In this document: piece after piece, positions 18,420-29,028 of the stretch
Layout of the letters: the number at the start of each line of letters is the position of its first letter
Numbering within the stretch: the stretch's first letter is position 1
DNA from: an uncultured Gemmatimonadales bacterium
Lineage (GTDB): Bacteria > ARS69
Assembly: GCA_963725045.1 (NCBI GenBank)
Contig: CAVRWY010000014.1
Span: 305-64,304 of the forward strand
DNA length: 64,000 nucleotides
Direction of reading: 5' to 3'
Made by a program: the position numbers and the translations under genes
The notes under the pieces: model-generated
What the model saw: the letters and a program-made list of their open reading frames with translations, nothing else
What the model was told of the DNA's origin: nothing
Database searches by the model: none

Positions 18420-18860
18420 ATGTCCGATCCCACTTCTCCCGCCGATTCCGCGCGCGTCGCGACTCCTCCCTCGACCCTCCTGCGCCACATCGTGTTCTCC
18501 GGCGTCCTGTGGGTGACCTACGTCATCTATTGGCGCATCGTGTTCGGCCGCGGGATCGGTGCCGAAGCGCGCCTTTCCGTCGTGATCTTGGGGCTTTTCG
18601 TCATCCTTCAGCTTCTCTTGACGCTCGCCTGGATCGCGCACAATCGGAACCTCTCGCGAGTGCACGTCGGACGCCGCCGTGAGCGGCCCGCCGCCGCGTA
18701 CACGGTGACCGAGGATTTCCTCGGGCGTGCCTTGGCGCCGTATCCGCCGTCCGTGGACCTCACCCGGGCCGCCGTGGTGACCGTGCGCGTCGATGGGGAC
18801 GTGAAGCGCTTCGAAGCCGGCCTCCCGCTCGGCGAAGCCCGCGCCGCGTCCGGGAACTGA
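18420..18860 (+). CDS. PgaD-like small two-TM protein (putative PNAG synthase accessory subunit)
   Basis: Two TM helices (LLRHIVFSGVLWVTYVIYWRIVFG / LSVVILGLFVILQLLLTLAWIAHNRN) then a ~60-aa cytoplasmic tail. Ends 1 nt before the pgaC-like start. Architecture, not sequence identity, supports the call. Confidence 0.4.
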   Translation: MSDPTSPADSARVATPPSTLLRHIVFSGVLWVTYVIYWRIVFGRGIGAEARLSVVILGLFVILQLLLTLAWIAHNRNLSRVHVGRRRERPAAAYTVTEDFLGRALAPYPPSVDLTRAAVVTVRVDGDVKRFEAGLPLGEARAASGN

Positions 18861-18861
18861 A

Positions 18862-20118
18862 GTGGACGTCGTTTCATTCCTGGATTGGTTTCAGCATCTT
18901 CCGTTTTACAAGGGTTGGCTCGCGTTCTTCGCGTGGTATCCCATGCTCACAGGACTCATGTGGATCCTGACGTCGCTGCTGTACTCCTGGCGTCGCGAGC
19001 CGAAGATTCCCCTGGATGTCACCCTGCAAGAGAATCCGCCGTTCGTGACCGTGCTGGTGCCCGCTTACTGCGAAGCACTCCATATCGGCGCGACGATCGA
19101 GTCACTTCTCACCATCGACTATCCCGCGTTCGAGATTCTCGTCGTGGACGACGCCTCCACCGACGACACGCTGCACCAGCTGCATCCGTACGTCGCGGCG
19201 GGGAAGATTCGTCTGGTTCGCAAGACCGCGAACGAAGGCAAGGCGATGGCGGTGAACGACGCGTTGCTCTGCGCGCGGGGTGAGATCGTGCTGATCATGG
19301 ATGCGGATGCGCGTCCCGATCGCGAAATTCTGCGCCATCTGGTGCCGCATTTCAGCTCGCCGCGCGTCGGCGGCGTGACCGGGAATCCGCGCGTGCTGAA
19401 TCGCGGCAAGTTGCTCGGCCGGCTGCAGGCGATCGAGTTCACGTCGATCGTCTCGCTGCAGAAGCGCGCGCAGCGCGTGTGGGGGAGGATTCTCACGGTG
19501 TCGGGGGTGGTCGGTGCGTTCCACAAGGATGCGCTCATGGACGTCGGGATGTTCAGCCCCGACATGGCCACGGAAGACATCGACGTGAGCTGGAAGCTGC
19601 AGCTGCGGCATTGGGACATCCGCTACGAGCCGCGCGCGGTGGTGTGGATGCGCGTTCCCGAGCGGATGCGCGATCTGTGGAAGCAGCGCCGTCGCTGGTC
19701 GTTGGGGCTCGCGCAGGTGCTCCGCCGGCACGGGAAGGAAGCCCTCAAGTGGAAGAGCCGCCGCTTCTGGCCGGTCGTGGCGGAGTCGGTGACGTCGATC
19801 TTCTGGGGATACAGCTTCGTGATTCTCACCACGATCTGGATCGTGTCCTACGCGGTCGGATATCCGCCGGTCGGCGCCAGTCCCATTCCGAACTGGTGGG
19901 GCATGATGATGGCGACGGTCTGCCTCGGCCAGCTCCTGACCGGAGTGCTGCTCGATCGCCGCTACGACCAGGAGCTCGGGCGCTCGTATCCGATCGCGAT
20001 CTTCTATCCGCTCATCTACTGGATGTTGCTCGCGCTGGTGACGTTCCGGTCGACGCCCGCGGGCTTCCTGCGCAGCCCCGAACGAAAGGGAACGCGGTGG
20101 AAATCGCGGCGCGACTGA
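18862..20118 (+). CDS. pgaC: GT2 poly-beta-1,6-N-acetylglucosamine synthase-like (PgaC/IcaA family)
   Basis: VTVLVPAYCE…ILVVDDASTDDT…IMDADA…GNPRV…TEDIDVSWKLQLRHW…QRRRWSLG (QxxRW) flanked by TM helices. Confidence 0.8.
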   Translation: MDVVSFLDWFQHLPFYKGWLAFFAWYPMLTGLMWILTSLLYSWRREPKIPLDVTLQENPPFVTVLVPAYCEALHIGATIESLLTIDYPAFEILVVDDASTDDTLHQLHPYVAAGKIRLVRKTANEGKAMAVNDALLCARGEIVLIMDADARPDREILRHLVPHFSSPRVGGVTGNPRVLNRGKLLGRLQAIEFTSIVSLQKRAQRVWGRILTVSGVVGAFHKDALMDVGMFSPDMATEDIDVSWKLQLRHWDIRYEPRAVVWMRVPERMRDLWKQRRRWSLGLAQVLRRHGKEALKWKSRRFWPVVAESVTSIFWGYSFVILTTIWIVSYAVGYPPVGASPIPNWWGMMMATVCLGQLLTGVLLDRRYDQELGRSYPIAIFYPLIYWMLLALVTFRSTPAGFLRSPERKGTRWKSRRD

Positions 20119-20189
20119 TCGCGGGCATGCTCGCGGCGATGCGTGCTGGGGCTTGGCGTGCGGCGGGCGCGCGCCCGTGCCCCGTGCGT

Positions 20190-21824
20190 ATGCTGGTGCC
20201 TGTCGCCGGCGTCGTCGTGCTCGGCCTCGCGCTGGCTGCGCCGGTTCTCGCGGTGACCGAGCTGGAGCAGGCCAAGGCGCTCGAGCTGCTCGCGGAAGCG
20301 CGCGTGATGGCCGGCGAAGATCGGCACGGACGCGCCATCGCCTGCGCGCTGGCCGCGCTGGAAATCGATCCTTCGCTGGAAAACGAGGCCGCGCTCTTGC
20401 TGGCGAATCAATACACCTGGAGCGATCGCGCGCGCGAAGCGATCCCCTGGTACGAAAAACATCTGGCCCTTCATCCCGAGGATCTCGAGGCGCGCCGCGG
20501 GCTCGCCCGCGCGTACTCCTGGGACGATCGGCTGGAGGACGCGGGGCGCGAGTACGCGGTGCTGGCCCAGGAGAATCCGCAAGACGTGGAAGCGCTGACC
20601 GGCCTGGCGCGTTTGGAGGCGTGGCGCGGGAACGACGCCGAGGCTGCGTCGCGTGCGCAGGAGATTCTGGCGATCGATCCCGAGAACGCAGAAGCGCGCC
20701 GCATCTTGGCCGGCGCGCAGAACCGGCGCGGGCGTCACCGCGAAGCCGAGGAGCTGTACGAGGAGATCCTCACCGCCGATCCGACCGACGTCGATGCGCG
20801 CCTGGGCCGCGCACGGGCGCGGTACTGGATGGGAGAGGGAAACCAGGCGCTGGAGGACATCGAAGGGATCGACACGCGCGAAGCGCGCGAGCTGCGGGCC
20901 GCGATCGAAGAGCCGATGCCCGGTTCGGGGACGTTCGGCATGTCGTGGTTCACCGACGTCGACGAGCAGGATCAGGACACGGTGTGGGGTCGCCTCGATC
21001 TCGTTCCCGACCCACAATGGAGCGTATCCGGGGAATTGCGCCGAGACGAGACCCGCGAGCCGGGAAGCGGAGATGTCACCTTGCTTCGCTTCACCGGCGG
21101 AGGCTCGCACCGCTTCAATCGATCGTGGGATGTCCATGCGTTCGCGACGGCCGGGGAGATCGACTCCGACCAGGACGTGCCCGCCGGAGAGGGGCTGACC
21201 ATTGCGGAGGACGACGTGGAGGACACGCTTTTCATGTGGGACGCATGGACGACGTGGACTCCGGCGGACTGGACGCGTTTCGATCTCGGATTCGCACGCG
21301 TGCCGATCGAGACGCCGAAAGCGCTCGCCCGCGGGATCACGATCGACATCGCCAGCCTCGGCGCACGGCGCCGCCTGAACGATCGCTTCGTGCTCGCGGC
21401 GTCCGGTGCGTTCGGCGATTACTCGGACGATAACGAGCGCATCACCGGATCGCTCCTGCTGGAGACGAAGCCGGTGCTGCACTGGCCGGTTCTCCTCACC
21501 GTGGGTGGGCAGATGTTCTCGTTCGACCGCTCGGTCGACCACGGCTACTACAATCCCGAGGACTACGACGTGATCTACGCGCAGATCGACGTGGACACCG
21601 ACGTGACTTCATGGCTGTACGTCGACGCGTTCGGCCGGATCTCGTCGGAGCGTGAAAACCACGGCGATCGCTTCGACGTGGGAGCCGCCGGCGCGGACCT
21701 CACGTTTCGCGTGCATGACCACATCGACCTGGTCGTCTTCGGAAGGACGTCCACGTCGCGCTTCGAGACGAGTGGTGGGTACGAGCGCGAGGGTTGGGGG
21801 TTCTTCGTCCGCGTTTCGCCGTGA
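20190..21824 (+). CDS. PgaA-like exopolysaccharide export protein: signal peptide + TPR repeats + C-terminal beta-barrel porin domain
   Basis: MLVPVAGVVVLGLALAAPVLA signal peptide, then TPR-like repeats (…EAIPWYEKHLALHPEDLEARRGLARAYSWDDRLEDAGREYAVLAQENPQDVEALTGLARLEAW…). The C-terminal half is rich in aromatic/alternating residues and ends …GWGFFVRVSP. Alternative upstream GTG at 20097. Confidence 0.55.
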   Translation: MLVPVAGVVVLGLALAAPVLAVTELEQAKALELLAEARVMAGEDRHGRAIACALAALEIDPSLENEAALLLANQYTWSDRAREAIPWYEKHLALHPEDLEARRGLARAYSWDDRLEDAGREYAVLAQENPQDVEALTGLARLEAWRGNDAEAASRAQEILAIDPENAEARRILAGAQNRRGRHREAEELYEEILTADPTDVDARLGRARARYWMGEGNQALEDIEGIDTREARELRAAIEEPMPGSGTFGMSWFTDVDEQDQDTVWGRLDLVPDPQWSVSGELRRDETREPGSGDVTLLRFTGGGSHRFNRSWDVHAFATAGEIDSDQDVPAGEGLTIAEDDVEDTLFMWDAWTTWTPADWTRFDLGFARVPIETPKALARGITIDIASLGARRRLNDRFVLAASGAFGDYSDDNERITGSLLLETKPVLHWPVLLTVGGQMFSFDRSVDHGYYNPEDYDVIYAQIDVDTDVTSWLYVDAFGRISSERENHGDRFDVGAAGADLTFRVHDHIDLVVFGRTSTSRFETSGGYEREGWGFFVRVSP

Positions 21825-22825
21825 GCCGAGGCCGGCCGCGGTTCCCTCGCATCGCCGCGGGGGTCGCGATCGCGCTCGCCGCTCTCGCCCTGTTCGTGTG
21901 GATCCGCTGGGAGAGACGCGGCGGCCCCTCGTCCGAGAGCGATCTGGATCTTCCTGCGCTCTTCTCCACGTCGCGGGATCGCGCGTTGAGCGAAGCGGCG
22001 CTCCAGCCCGGCGTTCCGGTGCTCTGCTATCACTACTTTCGTCCGGGGTTCAACGCCGAGCGTCTGGCCCGCGTGCTCGGCGCGGTTCTCTTGAGCCTTC
22101 CCACGATTCCCGACAAAGACTTTTGGTCGGTCACCGCTCCCGAGTTCGAGCGACAGATGCGCTACCTGCGCGACGAAGGGTATCGCACCGCGACGCTGGA
22201 AGAACTCGCGCTACACATGGAGGGGCGCGCGACACTTCCCCCGCGCAGCGTGGTGATCACCATCGACGACGGGGACGAGTCGATCGCGGAGATCGCCGCC
22301 CCCATCTTGAGAGAGTACGGACACCGAGCCACGCTCTTCATGCTCACCGGACATGCCGGGGAACGGAACTGGAACGACATCGACTTTCTGGACTGGAGCA
22401 CGCTGCGCGCGTTGGAAACCTCGGGAGCGCTGCGCGTCGAGAGCCACTCCCATCGCATGCACACCAAGGTGCGCCGGCACGGCGTGACGACGCCCCGCTT
22501 TCTGGTGGAATGCCGCGACAACCGGGGACGCGTTTCCGCAGATTCCCCGCTGGGACGGGACTTGGGCTCGAGCCGCGCGGCCATCCGTCGCGAGCTGCAA
22601 CACGATGCTGAGTACCTCTCCTGGCCGTTCGGCTTCGGAGATCAAGACACGGACTCGCTGGCCGCGTCGCTGGGATTTCGCGGCATCTTCACGCTTCGCC
22701 CGGTGCGCAGCATCGCTCCGGGAGATTCCGTGGAGTGGGATCCACGCCGCACGCTCGGTCGATTTCCCATCACGGCGCGCACCACGTTTCGCGAGTTTCG
22801 CCGTCTCGTCGCTGCGCGGACCTAG
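21821..22825 (+). CDS. polysaccharide deacetylase (CE4/NodB domain) with N-terminal TM anchor (PgaB/IcaB-like)
   Basis: GTG start overlaps the pgaA-like stop (GTGA). TM segment IAAGVAIALAALALFVWI; CE4 motifs VVITIDDGDES…HSHSHRMH. Only ~334 aa, so it lacks the PgaB C-terminal domain. Confidence 0.7.
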   Translation: MSRGRPRFPRIAAGVAIALAALALFVWIRWERRGGPSSESDLDLPALFSTSRDRALSEAALQPGVPVLCYHYFRPGFNAERLARVLGAVLLSLPTIPDKDFWSVTAPEFERQMRYLRDEGYRTATLEELALHMEGRATLPPRSVVITIDDGDESIAEIAAPILREYGHRATLFMLTGHAGERNWNDIDFLDWSTLRALETSGALRVESHSHRMHTKVRRHGVTTPRFLVECRDNRGRVSADSPLGRDLGSSRAAIRRELQHDAEYLSWPFGFGDQDTDSLAASLGFRGIFTLRPVRSIAPGDSVEWDPRRTLGRFPITARTTFREFRRLVAART

Positions 22826-22872
22826 GCGCCGCCGGCCTGGTCGATTGCGGAGATCGCCGCATCGTGGGCGGC

Positions 22873-23268
22873 GTGCACACGCTCCATGCTCTTGCGCTGT
22901 TCTCGCTCGCTCTCGCCGGGTGCGCGGCCTCATCCGGCACGCCTCCATCCTGGTCCGGAGCGGGTGCGCCGAGCGCCGAGGAGACCGCTCGTCTCTCCGT
23001 CCGCTTCATCGACGGGGCCGCCGGAGCTCCGTTCCCGTGCCGCTGGATCTTGCATGGCGCCGAGGCGGCATCGGGAGAGCCGGATCCACGATTCGACGGA
23101 ATCGGAGCCTCCTTGGAGTTCCGAGTCGGCGCCGGGGAATGGTTCTTGGAAATCGATCCGCTCGATGCGGGCGCCGTGCCGCGGCGAATCGCGTTCGAGC
23201 TCGAAGCGGGGGAGGAGCGCTATGAGGAGATCGAGATCGATCGCGAGGACGGCGCGGCGGGACCGTGA
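22873..23268 (+). CDS. small lipoprotein, hypothetical
   Basis: GTG start; VHTLHALALFSLALAGCAASSG lipobox; 131 codons with an acidic C-terminus. Confidence 0.35.
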   Translation: MHTLHALALFSLALAGCAASSGTPPSWSGAGAPSAEETARLSVRFIDGAAGAPFPCRWILHGAEAASGEPDPRFDGIGASLEFRVGAGEWFLEIDPLDAGAVPRRIAFELEAGEERYEEIEIDREDGAAGP

Positions 23269-23365
23269 GGGGAAAGCGCGGGGCGGCGCCACGCCCCGAA
23301 ATATCGAGGGCGCGCCGGCGTCCCGGCGCGCCCTCGTGATTCGCTCCTGATTCGAACGCTGCGAA

Positions 23366-23986
23366 TCAGCTCTTCGCGGCCGGCTCCGGAGCGGGCACGT
23401 TCGCTTCGATGTTGATGAGAATGTCGACGTCGTCGCCGAGCACGAACCCACCGTTGTCGAGCGCCTTGTTCCAATTGATGCCGAAGTCCTTGCGATTGAT
23501 CTTGCCGGTCATCTCCAGGCCGGCCGAAGGCATCTTGGTGAAGGGATTCGCCGCGATCGCGAGGATCTCCGTGTCCAGCGTCACTTCCTTGGTGACGCCA
23601 CGCATGGTGAGATCACCGGTCACCGCGTACTTGTCGCCCTTCTTCTCGACCTTCTTCGACGTGAAACGGATGTCGGGGTACTTCTCCGCATCGAAGAAGT
23701 CCGCGCTCTTGAGGTGATTGTCGCGCTTCTCGACGCCGGTGTTGATGGAGGCCGACTTGATGGTGCCGTCCACCTTGAGCGTGGACTCGATCGACGCCGG
23801 ATCCATGACCAGCGTTCCGTCGAACTCGCCGAAGTTTCCGGGGACCTTGGCCACCAGGTGGCGGGTGAAGAAGACGACGCTGGAGTGACCGCCGTCGACT
23901 TCGAATGTGGAGACCTCGGCGAAGGCGAGGGATGCCGCGATCAGCGAAAGGCCGAAGGCGAACATTGCCGGGAAACGTGCTTTCAT
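23366..23986 (-). CDS. YceI family periplasmic polyisoprenoid-binding protein
   Basis: Signal peptide MKARFPAMFAFGLSLIAASLAFA; YceI fold motifs (…FTRHLVAKVPGNFGEFDGTL…VTGDLTMRGVTKEVTL…). AGGAG lies 9 nt upstream of ATG 23986. Confidence 0.8.
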   Translation of the reverse strand: MKARFPAMFAFGLSLIAASLAFAEVSTFEVDGGHSSVVFFTRHLVAKVPGNFGEFDGTLVMDPASIESTLKVDGTIKSASINTGVEKRDNHLKSADFFDAEKYPDIRFTSKKVEKKGDKYAVTGDLTMRGVTKEVTLDTEILAIAANPFTKMPSAGLEMTGKINRKDFGINWNKALDNGGFVLGDDVDILINIEANVPAPEPAAKS

Positions 23987-24143
23987 GCGCTCGTGCTCCT
24001 GAGAATGGGGTGGATTCGGAGGGTCGAAGAATGTGTTGGCAAAGTAGGGGGACCGAAGGGGCAGGTCAAGAGCCGGGCATTGCCCGAGTTCCATGCAGGT
24101 GCGAGGATCGGCACCGGCCAAGCGGCCGAAGGAGGAGGACGAC

Positions 24144-25802
24144 GTGAGCCGATCGGCCGTCTTGGAAACGGGAAGTGCGTGGCGCAGCGCACTGCGCGGC
24201 AATGATGCGACCACCGATCGCGCCGTACTGGCCTTGGGGAAATTGGTCGCGGACCGGATCGCGGCGCGCATCGAAGCGCGCGACTCCACGGTTTGGCGCG
24301 ACGACGCGCGCGAGATCACCGATCGTCTGGGATGGCTGGACCTCCCGCACACGATGCCGGCACGGACCGGCGAGATTCGCACGTTCGTCGATCGTCTTCG
24401 GCAGGACGGGGTGAGCGATGTGGTGCTCCTGGGGATGGGGGGATCGTCGCTCGCTCCCGAGGTGTTCCGGCGAACGTTCGGCAGCGCGCCCGGATTCCCG
24501 CGACTCCATGTATTGGATACGACGTCGCCGAGCTGGATTCGGCGGGTCACGAACGAGATCGATCCGCGCCGCATGCATGCGCTGGTCGCGAGCAAGTCCG
24601 GATCGACGATCGAGGTTCGCACGCTCTTCGCGCACTTTCTGGAGTGTGTGCGCGGCGCGGGCATCGAGCGGCCGGGCTCGCGCTTCACCGCGATCACCGA
24701 TCCCGGCACAGGCCTCGAGCAGCTCGCGCGCTCCCACGACTTCTCCACGATCTTCACGAATCCGCCCGACATCGGCGGGCGGTACAGCGCGCTCTCGTTC
24801 TTCGGCCTCGTTCCGGCGGCGGTGCTCGGCGTCGACGTCGACCGCCTTCTCGAGCGCGCGAAGTCCATGGCAGAGCGTTGCCGCGCCGAGACCCCCGCGC
24901 CCGATCATGCCGGCCTCGTGCTCGGCGCGATCTTGGGTTCCGCGGCACGCGCCGGCCGCGACAAGCTCACGCTGGTCGCGTCGGCAGAGATCGATTCGTT
25001 CGGCCTGTGGATCGAGCAGTTGATCGCGGAGAGCACGGGGAAGGAAGACACCGGCATCGTTCCCGTGATCGGAGAGCCGGCCGTCGATCCGATGCGCTAC
25101 GGAGCGGATCGACTCTTCGTCGCGATCTCCGTGGGAGACGATCCCGCCGTGATCCGCCGCGCTGCAAAGCTCGCCGCGGCCGGACATCCGGTGATGAGCT
25201 TCGTGCTCGCAGATCGACTGGATCTGGGCGCGGAGATGTTCCGGTGGGAGTACGCCACCGCGGTTGCCGGACATCTGCTGGAAATTCATCCGTTCGACCA
25301 GCCGAACGTGGAAGCAGCGAAACGGCGCGCGCGCACGATCCTGGACGACCTGACCCGAGGCGCTCCGGCGGAGTCCATTCCGGAGGAAGATCCTATGGAG
25401 CTCTTCGACATGGCTCGCTCCGGAGACACGGTGGCGTTCAAGGTGTTCGGAGAGCCGACCGCGGAATTGGAGTCCGCGTTCGACGATCTGCGGGCGGCGC
25501 TCGTGGAGCGTCGCGGTGTCGCCACCACGCTCGGCTTCGGTCCGCGCTTCCTCCACTCGACCGGACAGCTCCACAAGGGAGGGCCGCCGAACGCGGTGTT
25601 CGTTCAGCTCGTGCTGCAGGAAGCGCCGCTACCGATTCCCGGCGAGCGCTTCGGCTTCGAAACGCTGATCGCTGCGCAAGCCGCGGGGGATTGGCTCGCG
25701 CTGCGCGATTCCGGCCGCCGCGTCGCGCGCGCTCCGCAAGCGGCGAATCCGGCCGTCATGGTGCAGGACTGGGCGCGGCGCGTCCGGGAATCGCGCCGAT
25801 GA
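24144..25802 (+). CDS. pgi: glucose-6-phosphate isomerase
   Basis: …VVLLGMGGSSLAPEV…FTNPPDIGGRYSALSFFGLVPAAVLG… PGI signatures. GGAGGAGG lies 5 nt upstream of GTG 24144; the ORF is open from 24093. Confidence 0.8.
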   Translation: MSRSAVLETGSAWRSALRGNDATTDRAVLALGKLVADRIAARIEARDSTVWRDDAREITDRLGWLDLPHTMPARTGEIRTFVDRLRQDGVSDVVLLGMGGSSLAPEVFRRTFGSAPGFPRLHVLDTTSPSWIRRVTNEIDPRRMHALVASKSGSTIEVRTLFAHFLECVRGAGIERPGSRFTAITDPGTGLEQLARSHDFSTIFTNPPDIGGRYSALSFFGLVPAAVLGVDVDRLLERAKSMAERCRAETPAPDHAGLVLGAILGSAARAGRDKLTLVASAEIDSFGLWIEQLIAESTGKEDTGIVPVIGEPAVDPMRYGADRLFVAISVGDDPAVIRRAAKLAAAGHPVMSFVLADRLDLGAEMFRWEYATAVAGHLLEIHPFDQPNVEAAKRRARTILDDLTRGAPAESIPEEDPMELFDMARSGDTVAFKVFGEPTAELESAFDDLRAALVERRGVATTLGFGPRFLHSTGQLHKGGPPNAVFVQLVLQEAPLPIPGERFGFETLIAAQAAGDWLALRDSGRRVARAPQAANPAVMVQDWARRVRESRR

Positions 25803-26824
25803 GCCGCGATCGGTCGCTGGTTCTCGCGGCCGACGTCGGAGGAACCAAGATCCACGCCGCGCTCGGCCGCTTCGAGCGCGGAGTGTTCGTGCGTCTGCGC
25901 GAAGCGCGTGCCGCAACGGCCTCGATTCCCGACCTCGGCGCGTTCCTGCGTGATCTCGCCGGGGACGATCGTGCGCGCGTGGGCGCGCTCGGCGTGGGGA
26001 TCGCGGGGCCGGTTCTGGACGATCGGGTGCGCGGGGCGAATCTCCCCTGGGAGATCGACGGACGCGATCTGGTGCGCGCGCTCGACGGTGCCCCGCTCGC
26101 GCTCGTGAACGATCTGGTCGCGTCGGGGCTCGGCCTGCAGGCGCTGGCACCGCACGAGCGCGTCACGCTCCACGAAGGGTCGCCGGACCCGAAAGGAAAC
26201 CGCGCGCTCGTCTCGCCGGGGACCGGGCTCGGCGAGTGCATTCTGGTGCGCGAAGGGGGGCGCTTCGTCGCGGTCGCTTCGGAGGCGGGCCATGCCGATT
26301 TCGCGCCGCGCACCGACGAGGAGATCGACTTGCTGCGCTTTCTCCGCGCCAGGATCGGACGCGCCAGCGCCGAGAACGTGGTGTCCGGGCCGGGTCTCGT
26401 GAACGTCTACGTGTGGCTGCGGGAGTCGGGATCCCGCGACGACGCCAAGATCGAGGCGAGCCTCGACACGTCGGAAGCCGCCCCGGAGATTTCGGCGCGC
26501 GCGCTCGACGGAACGTCGGAGATCTGCACGAAGGCGCTGCGCGTCTGGGTCGGGGCGCTCGCGTCGGAGGCAGGCAACGTGGCCCTGCGAGGGCTCGCGA
26601 CCGGCGGAGTGGATCTCGGCGGAGGAATTCCCGCGAAAGTCCTGCCGTTCTTGAAGGAGCCCGGCGCGCTCGAGCCGTTTTTCGCGAAGCCTCCTCAGGA
26701 CGAGCTCTTGCGCACCGTTCCGATTCACGTGGTCACGAGCCCGGAGACGACTCTCCGGGGGGCGGCGATCGCCGCACGGGAGCGTGCAGAAGCCTCGCTT
26801 CATGAGGCGCAAGATCCACGATGA
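25799..26824 (+). CDS. glk: glucokinase (Glk family)
   Basis: LVLAADVGGTKIHAAL…GVGIAGPV…LVNDLVASGLG…; the ATG overlaps the pgi stop (ATGA). Confidence 0.8.
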   Translation: MSRDRSLVLAADVGGTKIHAALGRFERGVFVRLREARAATASIPDLGAFLRDLAGDDRARVGALGVGIAGPVLDDRVRGANLPWEIDGRDLVRALDGAPLALVNDLVASGLGLQALAPHERVTLHEGSPDPKGNRALVSPGTGLGECILVREGGRFVAVASEAGHADFAPRTDEEIDLLRFLRARIGRASAENVVSGPGLVNVYVWLRESGSRDDAKIEASLDTSEAAPEISARALDGTSEICTKALRVWVGALASEAGNVALRGLATGGVDLGGGIPAKVLPFLKEPGALEPFFAKPPQDELLRTVPIHVVTSPETTLRGAAIAARERAEASLHEAQDPR

Positions 26825-26835
26825 GAATGCCTTCG

Positions 26836-28330
26836 TCAATTTCGTGGATGGAGCGCTCGAAGGTGCGATCGGAGAGCTGATCGCGGAGCTCCCGCTCTCC
26901 GAGGTGCGCCTTCCGGGAGCGGGATCCGGGCTCGCGCACTGGCCCCGCCCAAATTCGCGACTGCGATCCACGCATGTCCCATCCAACGTCCAGAAATTGC
27001 CGAAGACGGTCTCGTGGGAGGAGTCCCCCGGCGCTGCGCCGTGAGGGAGGAGCGCTTCCCAGCGGCCCGCGTGAAACGCGGGATCGCGCAGTGCGGCGAA
27101 GAGCCGTTCGTGGAGCTCGCGGCACCAGTCGAGATCGTCTTCGTGCGGGATTCGCGCGATCTGCACCGGGGCGTGCCGCCGGCGTCCTTCGATCTGCCCT
27201 TCGTGGAAGAATCGCATTCCCGGCAGCGTGTACGCGAAGACCGCCGCCGCTGCGAGCCGTGCGCTGCCGAAGACCGCCGCCGCACGCGGCTCGTCGTGAT
27301 TCTCCAGGAAGTGAGCGCGTTGCGCGCGCGCGTCGCGCCCGAGCTCGGTGCCTCGCCGGAGCGCTCCGAGGTCTCCCGCGGCGAGCGCGTCGAGCACTCC
27401 CTTGTCGTACGCGAAATCGAAATCCAGCTCCAGGAGGCGAGGCTCGAGTCCCCAATACGCTTCCGCGAGGAACACCGTTTCGGGGCGGCGCGCTCGTGCC
27501 GCCGCGATCGCCTCGCTCCAGAATTCTCCCTCCGCGTCGCGTCCGTCCGTGCCCCAAGTTCGGCGAAAGACGTCCGCGAGCAGCAGCATGGCCACGTCGC
27601 AGCGCAGGCCGTCGCATCGTTCGGCGAGCGAGGCGACGAGATCCGCGAGCGCGCGCCGGGTGCGGCGGACTGCGGATGTCCATTTGGGCCGTGTCGGACC
27701 ATCCGGGGAAATGAGGATCGCGCCCGTGCGCGATCACGCGATCGACGCCGCCTTTTCCGACATGGCAGAACCAGTTCGCCGGCTCCCGCGCCAGATCGCG
27801 CGGCGAGCCCTGCACGAAATACTCGGGGGAGTCGTCGAGCCACGCGTGATCGCAAGCAAAGTGATTTCCGACGAAGTCGAGCATGATTCCCGACTCCGCG
27901 CCCGGCCAGCCGCTCGCGCAGCGCGGCGAGCGCGGGCTCCCCTCCCAGCGAAGGAGCCGCTTCATAGGCACCGATCGCGTACGGCGATCCGGGAACGTCG
28001 CCAAGCGCCCAATCGGGGAACATCGACTCGTAGACGCCGAGGAGACTGGGGTGCGAGAGCGCGAGTCGCCGTGCCGGCGGCGCTGGTGCGCCAGACCCCC
28101 ATGAGCCACACCCCGTGGAAACCCCGGGCCGCGATCGTGTCGAGTACCTGCGTCGGGGACGGTTCCCAGAGTCAGCGGACGCCCGGCACGCGCGGAAAGC
28201 TCGCGCAGCCAGGGCCGCACGGGGATCTCGAGGAGGAGTGGATGCGGGCTGCGTCGCAAGGGATTCGTCGGCATCGGTTCTGGGGCGCAGCTTGACATTT
28301 CTTCCCCGATTTTGTGAACTGCAATGCCGC
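26836..28330 (-). CDS. GH13 alpha-amylase-family glycoside hydrolase, split over 3 frames (>=3 frameshifts)
   Basis: Segments across the three minus-strand frames: LLLEIPVRPWLRELS…LTLGTVPD; FPDWALGDVPGSPYAIGAYEAAPSLGGEPALAALRERLAGRGV; LMLDFVGNHFACDHAWL…GRDPHFPGWSDTAQ; CDMAMLLLADVFRRTWG…HFLENHDEPR; …VANLGGASARARIPLPEG. Confidence 0.5.
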
Positions 28331-28352
28331 CTCGATCCCCTGAGGCACTACA

Positions 28353-28985
28353 ATGCCCTTCGCGTCCAACGGTGCCGTGCTGCTCTTGGAAGTTTGCTGC
28401 GATCCGCGTGCGCGCTCGATCGTGTCCGCGGACGTCGAAGCGCATTTGTCCCAGGCGAAAGTCCTGATCGAAGCCGTGGAGCCCGGACGCTCGTGGACTG
28501 CGGCGAGCGGGGCGGCGTTCGCGGGTCGCATGCTGTTCGACGACGCGGGGCAGGCGTTTCCGTTCGTGTACGCGCTGCGCACCAGCATGCGCGCCGACCC
28601 CAAGAAGCCGCCCCTCGTCGTGCTCGCGGGACTCGGACGGGGCGACGAGCTCGCCGCCGACCGTCTCGCCACGGAAGCGTTTCGCGGGCTCGGAAAGCGC
28701 CGGAATTGCTGGACCGGCGCGCTCACCTCGCAGCCGGGATCCACGCGCGTGCTCTCCGCTCTCTGTCGTACGATCGATACGATCGAGCGGGGCTGGACGG
28801 ACGCGCAATGGGAAGCCATCTTTCGGCGGGACCGCAACGTCACGCTGCAGCAGATCGGGGACGATCTCGGCATCGCCTACCAGAACGTGAGCAAGCGCCT
28901 CATCGCGGCGAAGTACGCACTTCACCGCGAGATTCTGGACGCGGCGAGCCACGTCTTCGCTACGCCGGCGCCGGAGTTCGTGTAA
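28353..28985 (+). CDS. hypothetical protein with C-terminal helix-turn-helix-like segment
   Basis: 210-codon ORF; …[33 protein letters not shown] resembles a sigma-70 region-4/HTH segment. No RBS seen. Confidence 0.35.
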   Translation: MPFASNGAVLLLEVCCDPRARSIVSADVEAHLSQAKVLIEAVEPGRSWTAASGAAFAGRMLFDDAGQAFPFVYALRTSMRADPKKPPLVVLAGLGRGDELAADRLATEAFRGLGKRRNCWTGALTSQPGSTRVLSALCRTIDTIERGWTDAQWEAIFRRDRNVTLQQIGDDLGIAYQNVSKRLIAAKYALHREILDAASHVFATPAPEFV

Positions 28986-29028
28986 CCGAAACCGGATCCG
29001 GCGCTCCCTCGTCGTGAAAGGAAAGTCT

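Noticed and set aside
24293-26824. 843-codon ORF overlapping pgi and glk
   Set aside because: Only the last 341 codons (glk, from ATG 25799) are supported. The upstream portion is pgi read out of frame.
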